Below are positions 49,860 through 63,191 of a DNA stretch of 64,000 nucleotides, piece by piece (position 1 is the stretch's first letter; every line of letters starts with the position of its first letter). A program made the position numbers and the translations under genes. The notes below the pieces were generated by a model. The model was not told the DNA's origin and did not search any database. It worked only from the letters and a program-made list of their open reading frames with translations. The stretch covers positions 2,577,697-2,641,696 of the forward strand of contig MU004234.1 of the NCBI GenBank assembly GCA_010405405.1, in the 5' to 3' direction. This DNA comes from Microthyrium microscopicum (Eukaryota).

Positions 49860-50590
49860 ATTCAATATCTTGCTTTCTGAACTGTTTGAAGGACGCTTTC
49901 CGGACTATTGCTTGGGGAGCTTTGTTACGTCGGGATGGGATATTCGGTGACAACCTTGGAAGAGTTTGAGGTTGGAGAAATGGCCCCAGGAATGCCAAGG
50001 ACGCAAAATAGTTACATATCCATAATGTCAACACTGGTATATATAATTCTGGCTACTTGATATAAAGGTTACAATTGTCTGGGAATCTCAACACCGAGCT
50101 GGTTTGTAGTTTTTTTGTACGCAGTTGAAAGTAGGGCCGGTGTATGGGCATCGTAGAGCTCTTATGCTCAACTCTCAAGTGTTTCAGAGAACCATGGAGT
50201 GCGAAGTATCATGGTCTCTCTTGATCAGAGTAGTGCTGTATATAGAAGACCAAATCCTGGTGAGATTACGAAGCAATTAAAGTTTTGTTCGCCTATTGAT
50301 TGAAAACTCAATGGGTGAAGTTGAGTTGAAAGCTCTGGAAATGGCAAGAAGTTCTAATTGAGCTATGCCTAAGATAGACTAGTGACACACTAGCCACACA
50401 CTAGCCACGCTAGCCACCTTTCCCACCTCCTGTCCAAGCTTCAGAAATTGGAGGTCGCGTCTCAACTTTCCTCCCTCCAACCACCATCGAATCCTCAATA
50501 TCCTCCATTGGCCTTGCGCGCATCCATATCCCTCTACCTATCTCCTCTTACGACCCCATATAGCTCACGCGCATAGTCAGCTCACTGAAA

Positions 50591-51540
50591 ATGCCTCCAC
50601 GTATGTCTTGCGCCGCTCGTTCATCGCTTCACTCGGCTAACCATGATCCAAGCTCTTATTGAAGACGAAAACGCGTCCGGTACTGAATCCGAAGATGGAA
50701 TCGAGTTCAAGGTAGCCAAGGCAGACCAAGATGAAGAAGACGAGGAGGACGAGGACGATGAAGAAGGCGGAGAGGATGAGTATGTTTGCTCCAGTATAGC
50801 GCACTACTCGTGCCGCACGACTTTCGCGCCATACTGTCTGTCTGTCGCACTGGCTTACAACCATCTAGATTCATCGTCGAAGAGATCAAAGCTCACAGAT
50901 TCGACAAAGACGTACTCAAATTCCACGTGAAATGGCAAGGCTACCCGGCCCTCAAGGACCACACCTGGGAGCCCGAAGAGAATCTAGCCACCGCTCCAGA
51001 AGTACTTAGTGAATACTTTGACAGCATCGGCGGTCGACCCGCACCTCCCGGCGGCTCCAAGAAACGTGGCCCCAAAGCAGGCTCTAAACGCTCCTTCAGC
51101 GAGTCCAACGCCGCCAGTCCAGACCCAGCGCCAGCAAAGGGCAAACGCGGCCGCAAGAAGCGCGCAGCTATGAACGGCGATGGCGAAGACGATGTTGAGG
51201 ATGCGCCCAAGCGCGCTAACCGCAAGTACCCACCAGCCACAGACAGCAACTGGGACAAGTACATTGTGACAATCGAGACCATCGAGACCATCAAGACAGC
51301 AACGGGCGAAGACTCCAACGTTGCGCTGGTGACATGGGATAATGGCGACACTTCACGACATGCGCTGCGACTAATGCATCAATGCGCCAAGGACAGCATG
51401 CTCAAGTTCTACGAAGCCCATCTGTACGTATAAATCCGCCCGATTTCACGGCAATTCCTATATTTCCAAATGTTTCGCAAATGACCTGTATACTCATATT
51501 TGTTATCTTCTATAGGAAGATTACAAATGTCCAGCGTTGA
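50591..51540 (+). CDS. swi6: Heterochromatin protein 1 (HP1/Swi6) homologue: chromo + chromoshadow, 4 exons
   Basis: Acidic N-terminus. Chromodomain FIVEEIKAH..FHVKWQGY..TWEPEENL. Basic hinge. Chromoshadow W..I.TIET..VTWDNG..C..MLKFYEAHL. Confidence 0.9.
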
Positions 51541-52387
51541 AACACAGAAAAAAGCACACACACACCACACAACATTATCATATTCAGCGAACACACCTGC
51601 TTCTCTACCTCTCAACCCTCTCATATTCTTTTTCATTCTTGTCAACTCAGAAGTTGTTCAGCCTTGATTGACCAATGACTTTTTCCACCCCACAGTGCGT
51701 TTAATTAAAAAGTCAAAATGCCAATTCGTACTTCTCTACCTAGATCCTTCCGCGTCGCCGACTCTTCTCACTCAAGTGAGCTGCCGACTCGCACCAAAGA
51801 CGACGATGAGATGGATGTGGGCGCAGAGTTTGATGACGAGGCATAGGAGTCTACTCACAAACTGAACGGTGTGTTGGTTCGGGATTTTGCGGTTCGGGAT
51901 GTTCCTTCTTCTGGTAAGGCTGTGAGATTTGCAGAGTCTTTTGAAGTAATGGGTTGAATATTTTAATGTACTACTACATTGCACACTGCTTTTTCTCTTC
52001 GGGTGCTATGAGGTTGGCATCAGTGAATGTGTGGGTTCTTCGCCTTGTGAATGCGCTGCCGAAGCGATTTGGGTTCTTTGGCAAAGGGGCATGGGCGCTG
52101 GTGAGTGGGCAAGATAGTTCTCGCGGAGTACGTGCAATTGGTAATTGAGATATATGCATGTCTTCGTCTATTCATTGTGCCGTGCGTATGTTCTGCTGGT
52201 TCTACAACTCCCAATGCTATGATTCGTAAACTGCACCCTTGCTATCGCAATGATATTCAATCTAGTCGCAAAATGCTCCATATGCAATGCTCAAAAACAA
52301 CGCCAAATGCCACAATCTAAACCAGCGCTATGCTTCCCGAACCTCTCCTCGCGCCTCCTCCATGAAATCAGATCATGCCTGCAGATG

Positions 52388-53824
52388 CTACCGATTCCCC
52401 GTGGTTCCATAACTCCTAGCACTGCCCGCATCCCAGGCCCTCGGCGTACTACTTCCCGGCGTCCCAACACTCAACAAACTCTCCGTTTCAGTCTCTGTCT
52501 CTGTTTCCTCATCGCCACCGCTGCCGTTCCTCTTCACCCTTCGTCCTGCTACTGGCATCCAGCCACGCATCCAACCACTAACTCGTCTCCATCTACCCGC
52601 GCCTCTTTGACCGCGCTCCTCTACTACCAGTACGGCTTCTGCCTCTTTGCCGGGGGCATACATCGCAAATTGCACGCCGACGGCTGCGTCTAGTAGCAGC
52701 ACGCCAGCAGCGCCAAGGAAGAAGGGCGCAGCGCGTAGCGCCCATTCACCCCGGACACTGCCGTCTGCACCTGCCCAGCCATGGCCGCCAAAAGGTGGTA
52801 AGGTGGCCCACAAGGAAGGATTGGTGAGCAGTGATGACGAGTAGAAGAGATTGCCGAAGAATGCGGCGGCAAAGAGCGTGGGGCTGAGTCCTTCGGTGGA
52901 GCGTCGGGACGCGTTGTGAATGAGTTGTGGCAGGCGAGAGCCTAGGTAGAGGATGGTGGATAGCCAGGAGAGGATACGGCCTGCATAGTCGCCCACTGTT
53001 AACGGCGTATCGTTGGTGATGTGGACGGGTGTGTGAAGAGGAGATGCTTGGGCAGTGAGTGCAAGAAGCAGGGTGATGTACAGCACAGTGCGTGGAGACG
53101 GTGTTGGAGATTCAGGACGCGTGGGGCGGAGGATTGGCCGCGGTGCTGTGGTGCCGGATGGAGAATTAGTGATGGTGCTATTGCTGGAGGAGTAAGACCA
53201 GGCAAAGTTGGGCATGCGAAACAAGGAGGATGGGCGGAAGGATGAGCCGGAGTTGGTCTGAGAGTCCGTTGGTAATTTCGGTTTGGCAGAGATGGGCTTG
53301 GATGAGCTTTGGACTTGTTGGACTGGGGTGCCGTCGACTGTGATCTTAGGATTCTTGGACTTTTGCTTATGGTGATCGTCGCCGTGGTCGTCCCTATCGT
53401 CTGCTCCCCTGTTCCATTTCCACCAGCGAACACGGCGTACAATTCGGCCGTGCTTGAGATGTTCATACCAGAGCCATTGGCCAACAAGGACGCAGTCAAC
53501 GCAGCAGTAGTAGGTCGCTAGGACGACTTGCCATGTTGCCTGTTGGGTGAGCAGGCTTCCGAAGAGATTGGATAGGTCACCAAGCAGCCATTCCATGAGG
53601 AAGAAGATTGATAGGCCAGAGGTGGAATGAAGTTGAAAGTTCTTGATAATCTGAGGAACCTGTGCGAAGAGCCATGACAGAATGGAGCATATTCCCAGTA
53701 GAGTCGAAACTAGAGCCAGAGGAGTTGGAATGCATACCGTCAAGATTCCGGATAGCGATCTTAGGAAGTCATTGGTAGGAGTACAGTGAGCTGGTATATC
53801 TGAATCCAGAGAAAGTGGAAACAT
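52388..53824 (-). CDS. PQ-loop vacuolar transporter (Ypq/PQLC2-like)
   Basis: Two PQ loops: WLFAQVPQIIKN..GLSIFFL..GD and YLGSRLPQLIHN..EGLS..FFGNLFY. Confidence 0.92.
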   Translation of the reverse strand: MFPLSLDSDIPAHCTPTNDFLRSLSGILTVCIPTPLALVSTLLGICSILSWLFAQVPQIIKNFQLHSTSGLSIFFLMEWLLGDLSNLFGSLLTQQATWQVVLATYYCCVDCVLVGQWLWYEHLKHGRIVRRVRWWKWNRGADDRDDHGDDHHKQKSKNPKITVDGTPVQQVQSSSKPISAKPKLPTDSQTNSGSSFRPSSLFRMPNFAWSYSSSNSTITNSPSGTTAPRPILRPTRPESPTPSPRTVLYITLLLALTAQASPLHTPVHITNDTPLTVGDYAGRILSWLSTILYLGSRLPQLIHNASRRSTEGLSPTLFAAAFFGNLFYSSSLLTNPSLWATLPPFGGHGWAGADGSVRGEWALRAAPFFLGAAGVLLLDAAVGVQFAMYAPGKEAEAVLVVEERGQRGAGRWRRVSGWMRGWMPVAGRRVKRNGSGGDEETETETETESLLSVGTPGSSTPRAWDAGSARSYGTTGNR

Positions 53825-56800
53825 GGTCTTCTGGATGGACCTCAAAGCCTTGTGGAAGATGTAAAGTTTGGCAGCGTCCAGGAGAATAGAGATGTAGTTA
53901 GGACAATCGTATGACAATCTTCGAACTGTTCAAAGGTTACAAGTGAGCTGATGATAGTAGGTCCAGCTGCATGTCAGTCAGCCACTAATGAGGAAGATGT
54001 GCCTCATGCAGACGCAAGTGCCAAGGGTAAGTGTTGGTTGGATGGGAATGAAGCCGTAGTCGCAGGGTACCATGCAATCGGTCTGCAAGATGAAATGCAA
54101 AGGGTGATAAGTGAAAGACAGATCTGCTATAGAATAGGGACAAGAGAGGAGTTAAAAAACTTCAGGATAGGCAACAAGCGGGCAGTGAAGGAGGCAGAGA
54201 TAAGCCATAGATAAGGAACGTAATATGAGACAAGGGAGGCTGAGAGGGGTCTGTGGGCGCTGTCACGAGGATTATGAGGAGTCAGATGAATGAATACGGT
54301 AGCATGTCCAAGGGCTAGAGAAACCAGAGGAGTAATAAGGTATAAAAAGCGCACAACACCAAGAGAAAAGGCCGGATAGGTGCATTTAGGATATCGACTT
54401 TCTGGTAGAGTAGTTGATCATACATACTGTAGATCGTCAATCGCGGAAAGCGCCAGGCACATTTAAACATGCCACATCCTTGCCAATCTTGGGGTACGGC
54501 CCGAGACCGCTGTCAACTTCAAGACTTGAATACCTTCCTTCCTCCATCTCACATACAGCTATGATCTTGGAAGATAAATCGGCATCGATTCTCTCAAAGG
54601 AAGAGGAAAAGCATGGAACAAGCATCGGTTATTTGCAGTTTCGCTACATGATGCAAAGTTGCGATGAGGTAATGGATCACCACAATGCCAACCCTTTGAG
54701 AACCATCGCGTGCCCAGAGTGAGATCGCGTGTGTCTTTGATCCTTGGAGGTTCTTCAATCCCCGTCCGCACATGAAAAGTCTGCATATGATAGGTCCAAA
54801 ACGCAATCGAAAAGCGGGACCAACTCCGCTATTACATATAGCCATTGGCAATTCGCTATCCGGCTGTTCATTCTGCGGTGCTGGGACCCAGTACTACCGC
54901 TACACTCCTAGCATACACACCACTGGTTTCTTGGACGCGTCTTGGACATTCGATGGTGAACCCTCCGACTACTGCCATGAGCCTGGATATGAAGAGGCGC
55001 GGGGCCTGTGTGACATGTGTGAGGCTCTACGGATTATGCTCCTACATCGGCATTCCTATTCCGAGAGCCTTAGACTGTCGAAACCATTGCTGAAGCGGGT
55101 CCGAGATGAGTAGCCGGCTTGAGCCAACTCACTGAATTGTTGAATGTCTACTTCTCCCGGCATCTGGAAGTTCAAGCCTCGCTGACTCGAGACAAAGCAG
55201 GAATGTCTTCCAGAATGTCAACTCGGATTTCAGCCAACGGGTAGAAGTTTGACGGCAGTGGCTGTTCCTATAGTACGTCAAGCGACACTATAAGGGGTGG
55301 GACTTTGTGCCTCCTGGCCTGGCATAAATCCCTCGAAATGAATTGATTAAGCTGCTGCAGCCCTTTCGTACTTCCGGCAAGACCTACCATTTTTCAGCCT
55401 CTGATGACGCAAATATACCGGCATCATCAAACACTTCAAGTATGGATGACGAAAAAATCAGCAATAGCACTTTGTACATTGACATCGCAGGGCATCGATT
55501 TTGGGCTGGAATGCCGACCTGATACTCACATTGCGCAGCACTAACAGGTTTGACATTGGCCATTAAGAAAGGGCGCTAACCATCTGGGTGTTGCTTGTTC
55601 TATCGCTATAATGTATTCCTAGCTTCGCATTGGATCCTATGTAGGTCATAAAAAAAGTTTATGTTTGAATTAACTGCAAGCTCCAGGTACGTTACGGTAC
55701 ATCGGTGCGTCGGATCTCCTTGTCGCAAATGCAGCTTCCAGAAGGATTTAAATATTTTACGATAAAACGCCATTGTGGAGTGCCTTAGGGTAAGTATGCT
55801 GGCACCAATCGAATTGAAGACTTATCGATTTACAAGAATGAGTACCGTGCTTCGTCGCAAAAGTCGGTTCACAACCCACAAGAGGAAAAGTTCTTCAAAG
55901 TCAAGAGCCCTAAGACAGATTCCAGAGCAAAGTAGGCGGGATCGAGATCTGGTGTATCCCAGTCATACCTCACGATTCAACTACAAGACGACCAGGTTGT
56001 AAGGGAATATACCTAGTGCTTCTTGGGAGACATCAAATTTTACTCTTATGAGCTTCATTCTCCACGGCTCAAAAGTACATGTCGCTCAATATCTACGATG
56101 AAAAGAACAAGGGATCGGTTCGAGGTCATGGCGGAAAATTCCAGAAGACTTCCAGAAGCATCTTCCGGCCAATCATGCCTGAACAGCCATGTCATGAGGC
56201 TTCGAATATATTAACGTCAAGGTACTTTTGCAAACCTGGAAGAACACAGACAGTTCGGCACTTCGCTCTATTCCCAACCCGTCTACCCCAGTATTGGGAT
56301 ATTCAGACACAATATTTCAGGTTTTGATCCCATGGTCAGATCTGGATAGAATCAGGCGCCTACTGTTTATAAGCACAGCCAAGGCCAGTGTGACTGCAAC
56401 CACAAGGTGGAGCCAGAACATCATAGACCCAGAGCCACGTTCTATTTTCCAGGCTTGCTAAGCGGTTGTTCACAAACATCAGAATTGCTCAATTGACGCC
56501 ATATTTCGTCTCACCGCAATGAGTAGGAAGATGCGAGAATTCAATATACAGTATTGCAAGAGCAATCCGGGGTAACGGTATACATTTGCGTAGAGGGCTC
56601 TTCAAAACATATATGCATCATACCCGAGGGTAAACCATTGGCAGCACTAGTGTTACTGAGACAGGATCGAGCGGCTCTGCGAACGACTCTGTTGTTCTTT
56701 CTACTTCGATGCTAACTGTCGCCATGATCATGGAAGCTTCGTGCGACCCGGTACTGTTGACGCGTCTCCTTTCGCTAACCATCTGACCAGGCCATCCGAT

Positions 56801-57752
56801 GGCCTATTTTGTGGCCATAGCCTTGACAGTCTTTCGATTGGCATCACCCCAGATTCCGTTTCCTAGGAGAAAACGTGCAAGCACTATCGAGAAATATCCA
56901 GTCAAACGTCAGCAGTGAAAGCCGTGCTGCCTGGTCTCTTCTTTTCACGTCGGTGATTTGATCAGAGAGAGCAAAAGACAAGGTCAGATCGAATTCCACA
57001 ATGCGGTTTAATATGGAAAGAACTATAAATGGCGACGGAGTATATTCAATGTACCTGGGTATTAGCCAGGGCTCAAGTCTTAGACACCAGCAATACAGGG
57101 AAGCCGCCTGGCAGCTGTAATAATATTGCAAATTCAAAGCTCTGTTAGGGAATAGGCTGTGCGGGATAATCACGGTATATGAAACGCCCTTGTAAACATC
57201 TCGTTGGTCATTCATCCCCTTTGGAATATTGCAAAGAAGCTCCGCTACATTCAAGTTCCGTTCCCGCGGTACGTTAGCAATTAGAATTAAGCATACTAGC
57301 AGGTACTCGCGGCCAAATTCCCAAAGTACCTCTTACATATTCCACCTACGCTTACTGGTCAAGTGTCGACAATATTTTCCTTCCCGCCGGCTCTTATTAC
57401 TTATAATCTTGTGCCTTGACATATAATACACCCATCGTGGAGTCTCGCGCTGGTACACACCTTCAATCGATCGACATTCCCCATACTTACTCCCCTATAG
57501 TATTCGGACCGCGGTAATATTGGTTTTGCTTGGTCTTGCTCTTCATTCAAAACTCTACTCTCAACGTCTTGTGCTATTACCAGCCCGCGTCCTCGGCTTT
57601 ACCTGTTTCTCCTCCAAGAAGGCTTTTGCGTGTCCTTGGTCACCTTCACTACCATACTTTCGTTTCACGTTTCCTTTCGCACCTGGCCAACACTTCTAGT
57701 CTAAGAGGAGTTGGGTAGGACTGGATAATCGACACAGCCATCACAGCAAACA

Positions 57753-59405
57753 ATGACAACTCCCAATCCTTCGTCCATCACTGCGCTCTGTGTGTTTGGG
57801 TCAGATGTTGGCTCTCGGCTTGTCCGGTTGGCAAAATGGGTGGAAGGAATGCCCAGTGTGGTAAAAAGTTTAGGCTTTGAAATATGGGCTGCTTGCGAAG
57901 TACTGTAAGTCAACAACCGAGTGAAGCAGCAAGACAAACACTGGCTAATAGCTTTATGATAGGTGCGAGATTGCCAATATCATTGCTAGAGCGGAGATGA
58001 ATTTTCGAATAAGTTTCTTCAATAACGAAGCTTTGAAGGAAATAGAAGACTTTATCGAAACATGCGACGAGGTTTTCCACGAAGCTGCTCGCGGAGTACT
58101 CATTGCATACGATCGTATAAGAGTCCTCAGACCAAAGCCAGTTGCTGGAAAAACAAATCCAGCCGCTATGGATGCAATATCTATTGGATTTGAAGAGCGT
58201 ATAAAATGGCCTCTCTTTCAAAGGCGGATGGGATCGATGATGGAGGCATTGATGAATGCTAAGATGGACCTTACACTTCATGTCCTAATATATTGGGTGA
58301 GCTGGGAGCGAGACACGCGTCGAAAGTAAGTTACTTTTCAAATGATTCCTTGACCTTTCACTAATGTATCAACAGATCAACATCTTCGATATTCGCAGAC
58401 CTCACACCAGGAAATCGAGAATCTTTAATAAATCAAATATGGCAAAACCGTCTCCGCCGCGAACAAGAAATGGAACAACAAACCGCCCCAACATATCACC
58501 GTGCCAAAACCTTCTCCAACAGCAGTACCTCACCAACCTCCAACCCAGCCCTCAGCAACTCAGGCAGCGCCTCCCCAGACGACAACATCTCCAACACCTC
58601 CTCCACTGGCTCTTCTCGCTCCAACAGCAGTCTCCTTAGCCGCTTTGGCCGCAAATTCAGCAAGTCTTCTCGCAAAGGCCTCATCTCTATGGGCTTCATG
58701 TCTTCCAAAAAGCACGATCAATCCGACGACGACTCTTCCACCTCAAACTCACCTCTTACCTCCGACTCCCTTGCCTTCAACAGCGCCCGTAGTCCAGTCA
58801 GCTCAGAAAACCGCTCGCTTTCCCAGCGCGAGGCCTTCGCTAGCGATAACTTTAGCATTCGCTCCGGTCGTACTGGCCGCAGCGTTCAACCATCTATGCG
58901 CCGCGTACAGTCATCCCGTCCACCACTTCGCGGCGAGCGCTACTCCCTTCTCAGACTCACCGACAATGATTCAAATGCACTAGCTCGCCCACAAGGCCTT
59001 GTCAAGCGCGGCAGCTGGTCCGCAGGCCCAACCAAGAGCGCCAAAGAAGGTATCATGCGCGAGTGGGAGCTACTACGTGCTATTGAGGACGATATGGCAT
59101 GGCAGAACGATGAGACTGCTCTAGGAGGACATGGCCAAGACTACCGCGAACTCGGTCTCCAACTGCTGTTCCGCCAGCTCCAAGCAATGATCCCAATATG
59201 GGCAGTCCAAGACTACGAGCAAGTCGCCATCACCATCGACATGCTGCAAGAGAACTGGATCGAGCTAGGCCAGTTCAGACGCAGGCGGATGGAGTATGAG
59301 AGTGTAGTAGGTGGCAAGCGACAGCTACACGGTGGGTCCTTCCACGAAACGACAGCGAACAACATGTCGCATGAGCCGACCAACAAATTCTTCTTCACAA
59401 CCTAA
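57753..59405 (+). CDS. Hypothetical protein with HeLo-like/STAND N-terminal-type helical domain and Ser-rich region, 3 exons
   Basis: GTAAGT introns near 57905-57962 and 58326-58375 join three ORFs in frame. RIKWPLFQRRMGSMMEALMNAKMDLTLHVL resembles the end of fungal HeLo-like N-terminal domains. Confidence 0.7.
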
Positions 59406-59963
59406 AACAACGTTGACACCATTTGGCGATAACCAAAACATCTTTGTACAAAAGCAACCTCTGGATTGGATGGCCTACCTACCTACCCAGCATTGATATT
59501 TTCCCTTGGACATATAAAACTCTTTTTGGCATTTACATATTACTGCATCATGCGTTTGCTTTTGAGATATCCAGAAGGCTTTTTATTATCATGTAGCATA
59601 TATATAAATACTCGATCATAAAATAAAAACTACTACATCAATACGTTATAACTTGATTCTACTGTTTTGTCCAGAACTGTCGCTATCTCGATTCATCTTT
59701 GATACCAATTGATCCGAGCGTAGAAATGTGCTCTCCTTATCGAAACCTGGTGAATATCACTTCCTACCAATTAGCTGTACTAGGTCCTAATATCGGCCAA
59801 TCCTGCTGCTTGACGGAAAAGCTTATTTGACTGCCAACACTATAGCAAAGCATCGATAAGCATTCCTTTGCTCCCACTTATAGATATTCTTAATAGCTTA
59901 GCGCCTGACGCCTATCGCCGTATCGCGTATATCTGATGATGACTTCAACATTGCGTAACCCAT

Positions 59964-60230
59964 TCATGCGTTGAATCTAAGTCATACTCAACCCCTCTCA
60001 CTAGGCTTCAGTCCTTAACTAAGTCAGAGGCAGGTGCGGTATGTCAGTTGTTGACTTCTGTGAGCCCGAGCTGTCTTTCATGACAACTAGTAACTCCAGG
60101 GCGGTGTTTGGAACTCAACTGACGCTTTAGAGCAGGGTTACTCTGTAAGACCGAGTTCATCGTCACAACTGATATTTGAGTCTTGTGTGCTGAAGTATCT
60201 GGTAGGAGGGTGTCAGGAAAGTTAAGGTTG
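59964..60230. repeat. Direct repeat B, copy 1
   Basis: tcatgcgtt.aatctaa.tca.actcaacccctctcact..aggtgcggtat.tcagt..tttgagtcttg..aaggttg is collinear with 61715-61991. Confidence 0.85.
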
Positions 60231-60674
60231 CTCAACTAGAAAATTTGCGGGAGACTATGACCCCGTACAGACTCTGTATTGGTATTTGATGACCAGATGC
60301 GCAGGATGTATAAAGTAAAAAGTGCGTGATAGAATAAGTCGTGGCTCATAGCAAAGCAATACTGGTCATGCTCCTTAAAGTCCTTCAGTTCGCAACACAG
60401 CTCACTGAGTCTCTTCCTTCAACAGCAGACGCCTAGCCAGTGACTGGACCATGGATTTCTCCAGCGACTCGTATTTCGAGATAAATAAGCAAACACAAAT
60501 GGTCAGAATCTCTCGCTTAGTTATATGTTCATTGGACAGGCGAATGCATGCCAAGCATGCGAGCTGCAAGTTCGTCAGGCTGAATCACAAATCCCCAGAT
60601 TGGGGTATAAGGAGATGAAATGTCGCCAATTCACTCATTTTGATCTTTCCTCTCGCATAGTCTTGTTCTTCAAC

Positions 60675-61620
60675 ATGTCCCAGAATCTAGCACGCCCTGC
60701 GGACCCAGTGTCGTTGCAAGAGCCGCAGCACTCGCCGATCGAAGCAGCACAAGTATCACAAAACGCTCAGCCTGGTGGCAATCTCGTGCCGAATAATGCA
60801 CCTGCTGATGCAGCATCTTCGGCAGTAATAACAGAGCATGATCCTTCGAAGACCGATGGAAAGGTTAGTTTCATCAATGGAACAGCAGTGTGGATCAAGA
60901 ACCAGGCTGACCCAGCAGTCGCAGACCCAACAGGCTGACCATCAACCGGTCTACAAACATATATTAGATGTGTTTAAAAACTGTGTGCTTGTTGTCACCC
61001 TCGCGATAACAATTTGGCTTGCTGTTACGCAGCGCCAGGCAACCGAGTACGCGCAAAGTGCCAACCAGCTCGCCCAAAGCGCCAACCAACTTGCTCAAGT
61101 CGCCAACCAGAATGCCCACATCGCTAATGACTTGGCCAACAACAGCCTTGCAGTGGCAGAGACCTCTAAGCAGATTGCAAAGGCAGCATTAGATACCACA
61201 AATGCACAGTATCTGTTGAGTCTAATCAACCTATGCGATCAATATCCCATGGTGAGTCCGCCACTAGTAGTTCATGGAGTTGTAGTAATACGTAGAATTT
61301 TGGGATAATAGTCCAATCAATCGTTTACTTCGAATCATACGACGCTTCACTGCTCGGATTTGCTACAAAGCCCATTACCACTATTATCCAGTTCGAGCTC
61401 TGCACCATTGCAAAGTTCAACATCTGTACCAAATTTAACTTCTCCTTCCGAAGGTCATAGGCTTTCTAGTTCTGCGATCGCTGCTATTAGTATTGGATCT
61501 GTTGTTGGACTAGCAGCTTTGGCGGTTTTGATATACGTTTATTTGATGCGCGTCCGCAGGAAAGGGGTCGAATCTAGGCGAGCCTTAAGTACACCAAACA
61601 AGGCTGAGGCAAAGGGCTAG
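60675..61620 (+). CDS. Hypothetical two-TM membrane protein with AQSANQL heptad repeat, 3 exons
   Basis: Introns 60864 to about 60915/60924 and 61252 to about 61311 restore the frame. TM1 CVLVVTLAITIWLAV, heptads, two Cys, S/T stalk, TM2 AIAAISIGSVVGLAALAVLIYVYL followed by RVRRK. Confidence 0.72.
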
Positions 61621-61714
61621 CATGATAGAGAGTTGAATTGGAATCGGATCTTAGCAGGCGGGCGCCAATATAGACATACATCTTAGCAAGTCTACGTCGT
61701 AATACGTACCTCAC

Positions 61715-61991
61715 TCATGCGTTCAATCTAAATCACACTCAACCCCTCTCACTGAGCTTGAGTCTTAAATATTGAGCTAGGACGGAGGTAGGTGCGGTAT
61801 ATCAGTGTTGACGTCTGTATGCTGTATTGTCTTCAATGACGTATGCTTAAGCCCGGAGTTTTGTTGAAGCGCACTTGGCGCATAAAAGCAATACCATGAC
61901 AAAATGTATCGCAACAACCTTGGAAATGGACTTTGAGTCTTGAGTATCAAACGAGTGAAGCAAGACTCAGGATTCAGGAGAGGAAAGGTTG
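61715..61991. repeat. Direct repeat B, copy 2
   Basis: Diverged collinear copy of 59964-60230. Confidence 0.85.
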
Positions 61992-62240
61992 ATATGGCAT
62001 TCGGTACGTGGTCAAAGCTTTCGGGCCGAGTGCAGCTTCACACTACCGCCGCTGCAACCTCATGCCTCTTTCCTTCCGAACGTCTGAATGTTCGCTGAAT
62101 CTCTGAGATCGCGCCTGTCATAAATTCCCATCCACGAGAATATCCTCACCGAATCATCTCCTCCACCTAGCGCTGTTCGCCGTGCTCGTTGGATTCCTCT
62201 TCTCACAACACCATCCTGTGGGAAACTCTCCACCGCCAAA

Positions 62241-63191
62241 ATGCCGGACGTAAGTTCGCGACGCGACATGACCCCATATTTAGGAACTTCCAGCTAATTT
62301 CCCCCAAAGATCAAAGTCAAGGTCAAGATCGTGACCAACCAGTCCATCAAGTACATGCCATCCCCTTCTCATGCGCACGAATCACATACTTACATCCTTG
62401 CAGTCCCGATGCAGACTCCACAGCCGAATTCCCTATGCGCAATTGGAATATTGAAGTGCATCCGATCGATGACAAGAAGGAGACTATTAGTAGTCAGCTA
62501 TTCGAGAAGGTGACCTTCGATCTCCACCCGTCGTTCGAGAAGCGCGCCAAGCAAGGTACATACACTGCCTTGACGTTGAACTAAATGGTGGTGGCTAATA
62601 CATTGTGTATAGTGAAGAAGGAATTCCCATATCGTATAGAAGAAGAAGGATGGGGTGAATTCGAAATGCTCGTGACGTTCACACCACTCGGCAAAAGTCC
62701 TGATATTTCGATCCCACATGATCTCAACTTCGCAAAGAATCACTACGAAGTGGAGAAGGAGCTCGTAGGTACCCTGGGAGGAGACGATGGCAAATAAATA
62801 CTGACAATGTGGAAAGGTATTCAAGAATCCAAAGGCAGATTTCTTGCGCGCACTTGAGGAGGCTGGTGTGGGCAAGAAAGGCGATGCTAAGAAGCGTAGT
62901 CGCAAGGAGAAGACTGTAGGTTCTCCCCAGACTTGTTACAGTATTCTTTAGCAAAAGTGCCTCTAACCATACTATTTGCAGGTTGATCTCGAGAAGCTGG
63001 CCGACCTTATGATGAAGCTTGGAGAAGATGATCTTCTACACGTCATCCAACTCATCCACGACAAGAAAGAATCGACAACCTATACGAAAAACAGCCCAGA
63101 CCAGGGCGAATATGAAGTCGATCTCTACACACTCCCAGATGGACTCGTCAAGGAGCTGTGGGAATTCGTGCTGGAAAAGGCCAAATCATGA
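62241..63191 (+). CDS. TAF14: YEATS-domain transcription factor subunit Taf14 (Anc1/Tfg3), multi-exon
   Basis: FPMRNWNIEV, KVTFDLHPSF, PYRIEEEGWGEFEM and HDLNF. ET domain VDLEKLADLMMKLGEDDLLHVIQLI..VDLYTLPD. Confidence 0.93.

Noticed and set aside
50385..50418. CTAGCCAC x3 upstream of the HP1 gene
   Set aside because: Short microrepeat; no binding factor can be assigned from sequence.
54560..55113. Possible small plus-strand gene with two CxxC pairs
   Set aside because: No convincing start or splice model and no family recognised.
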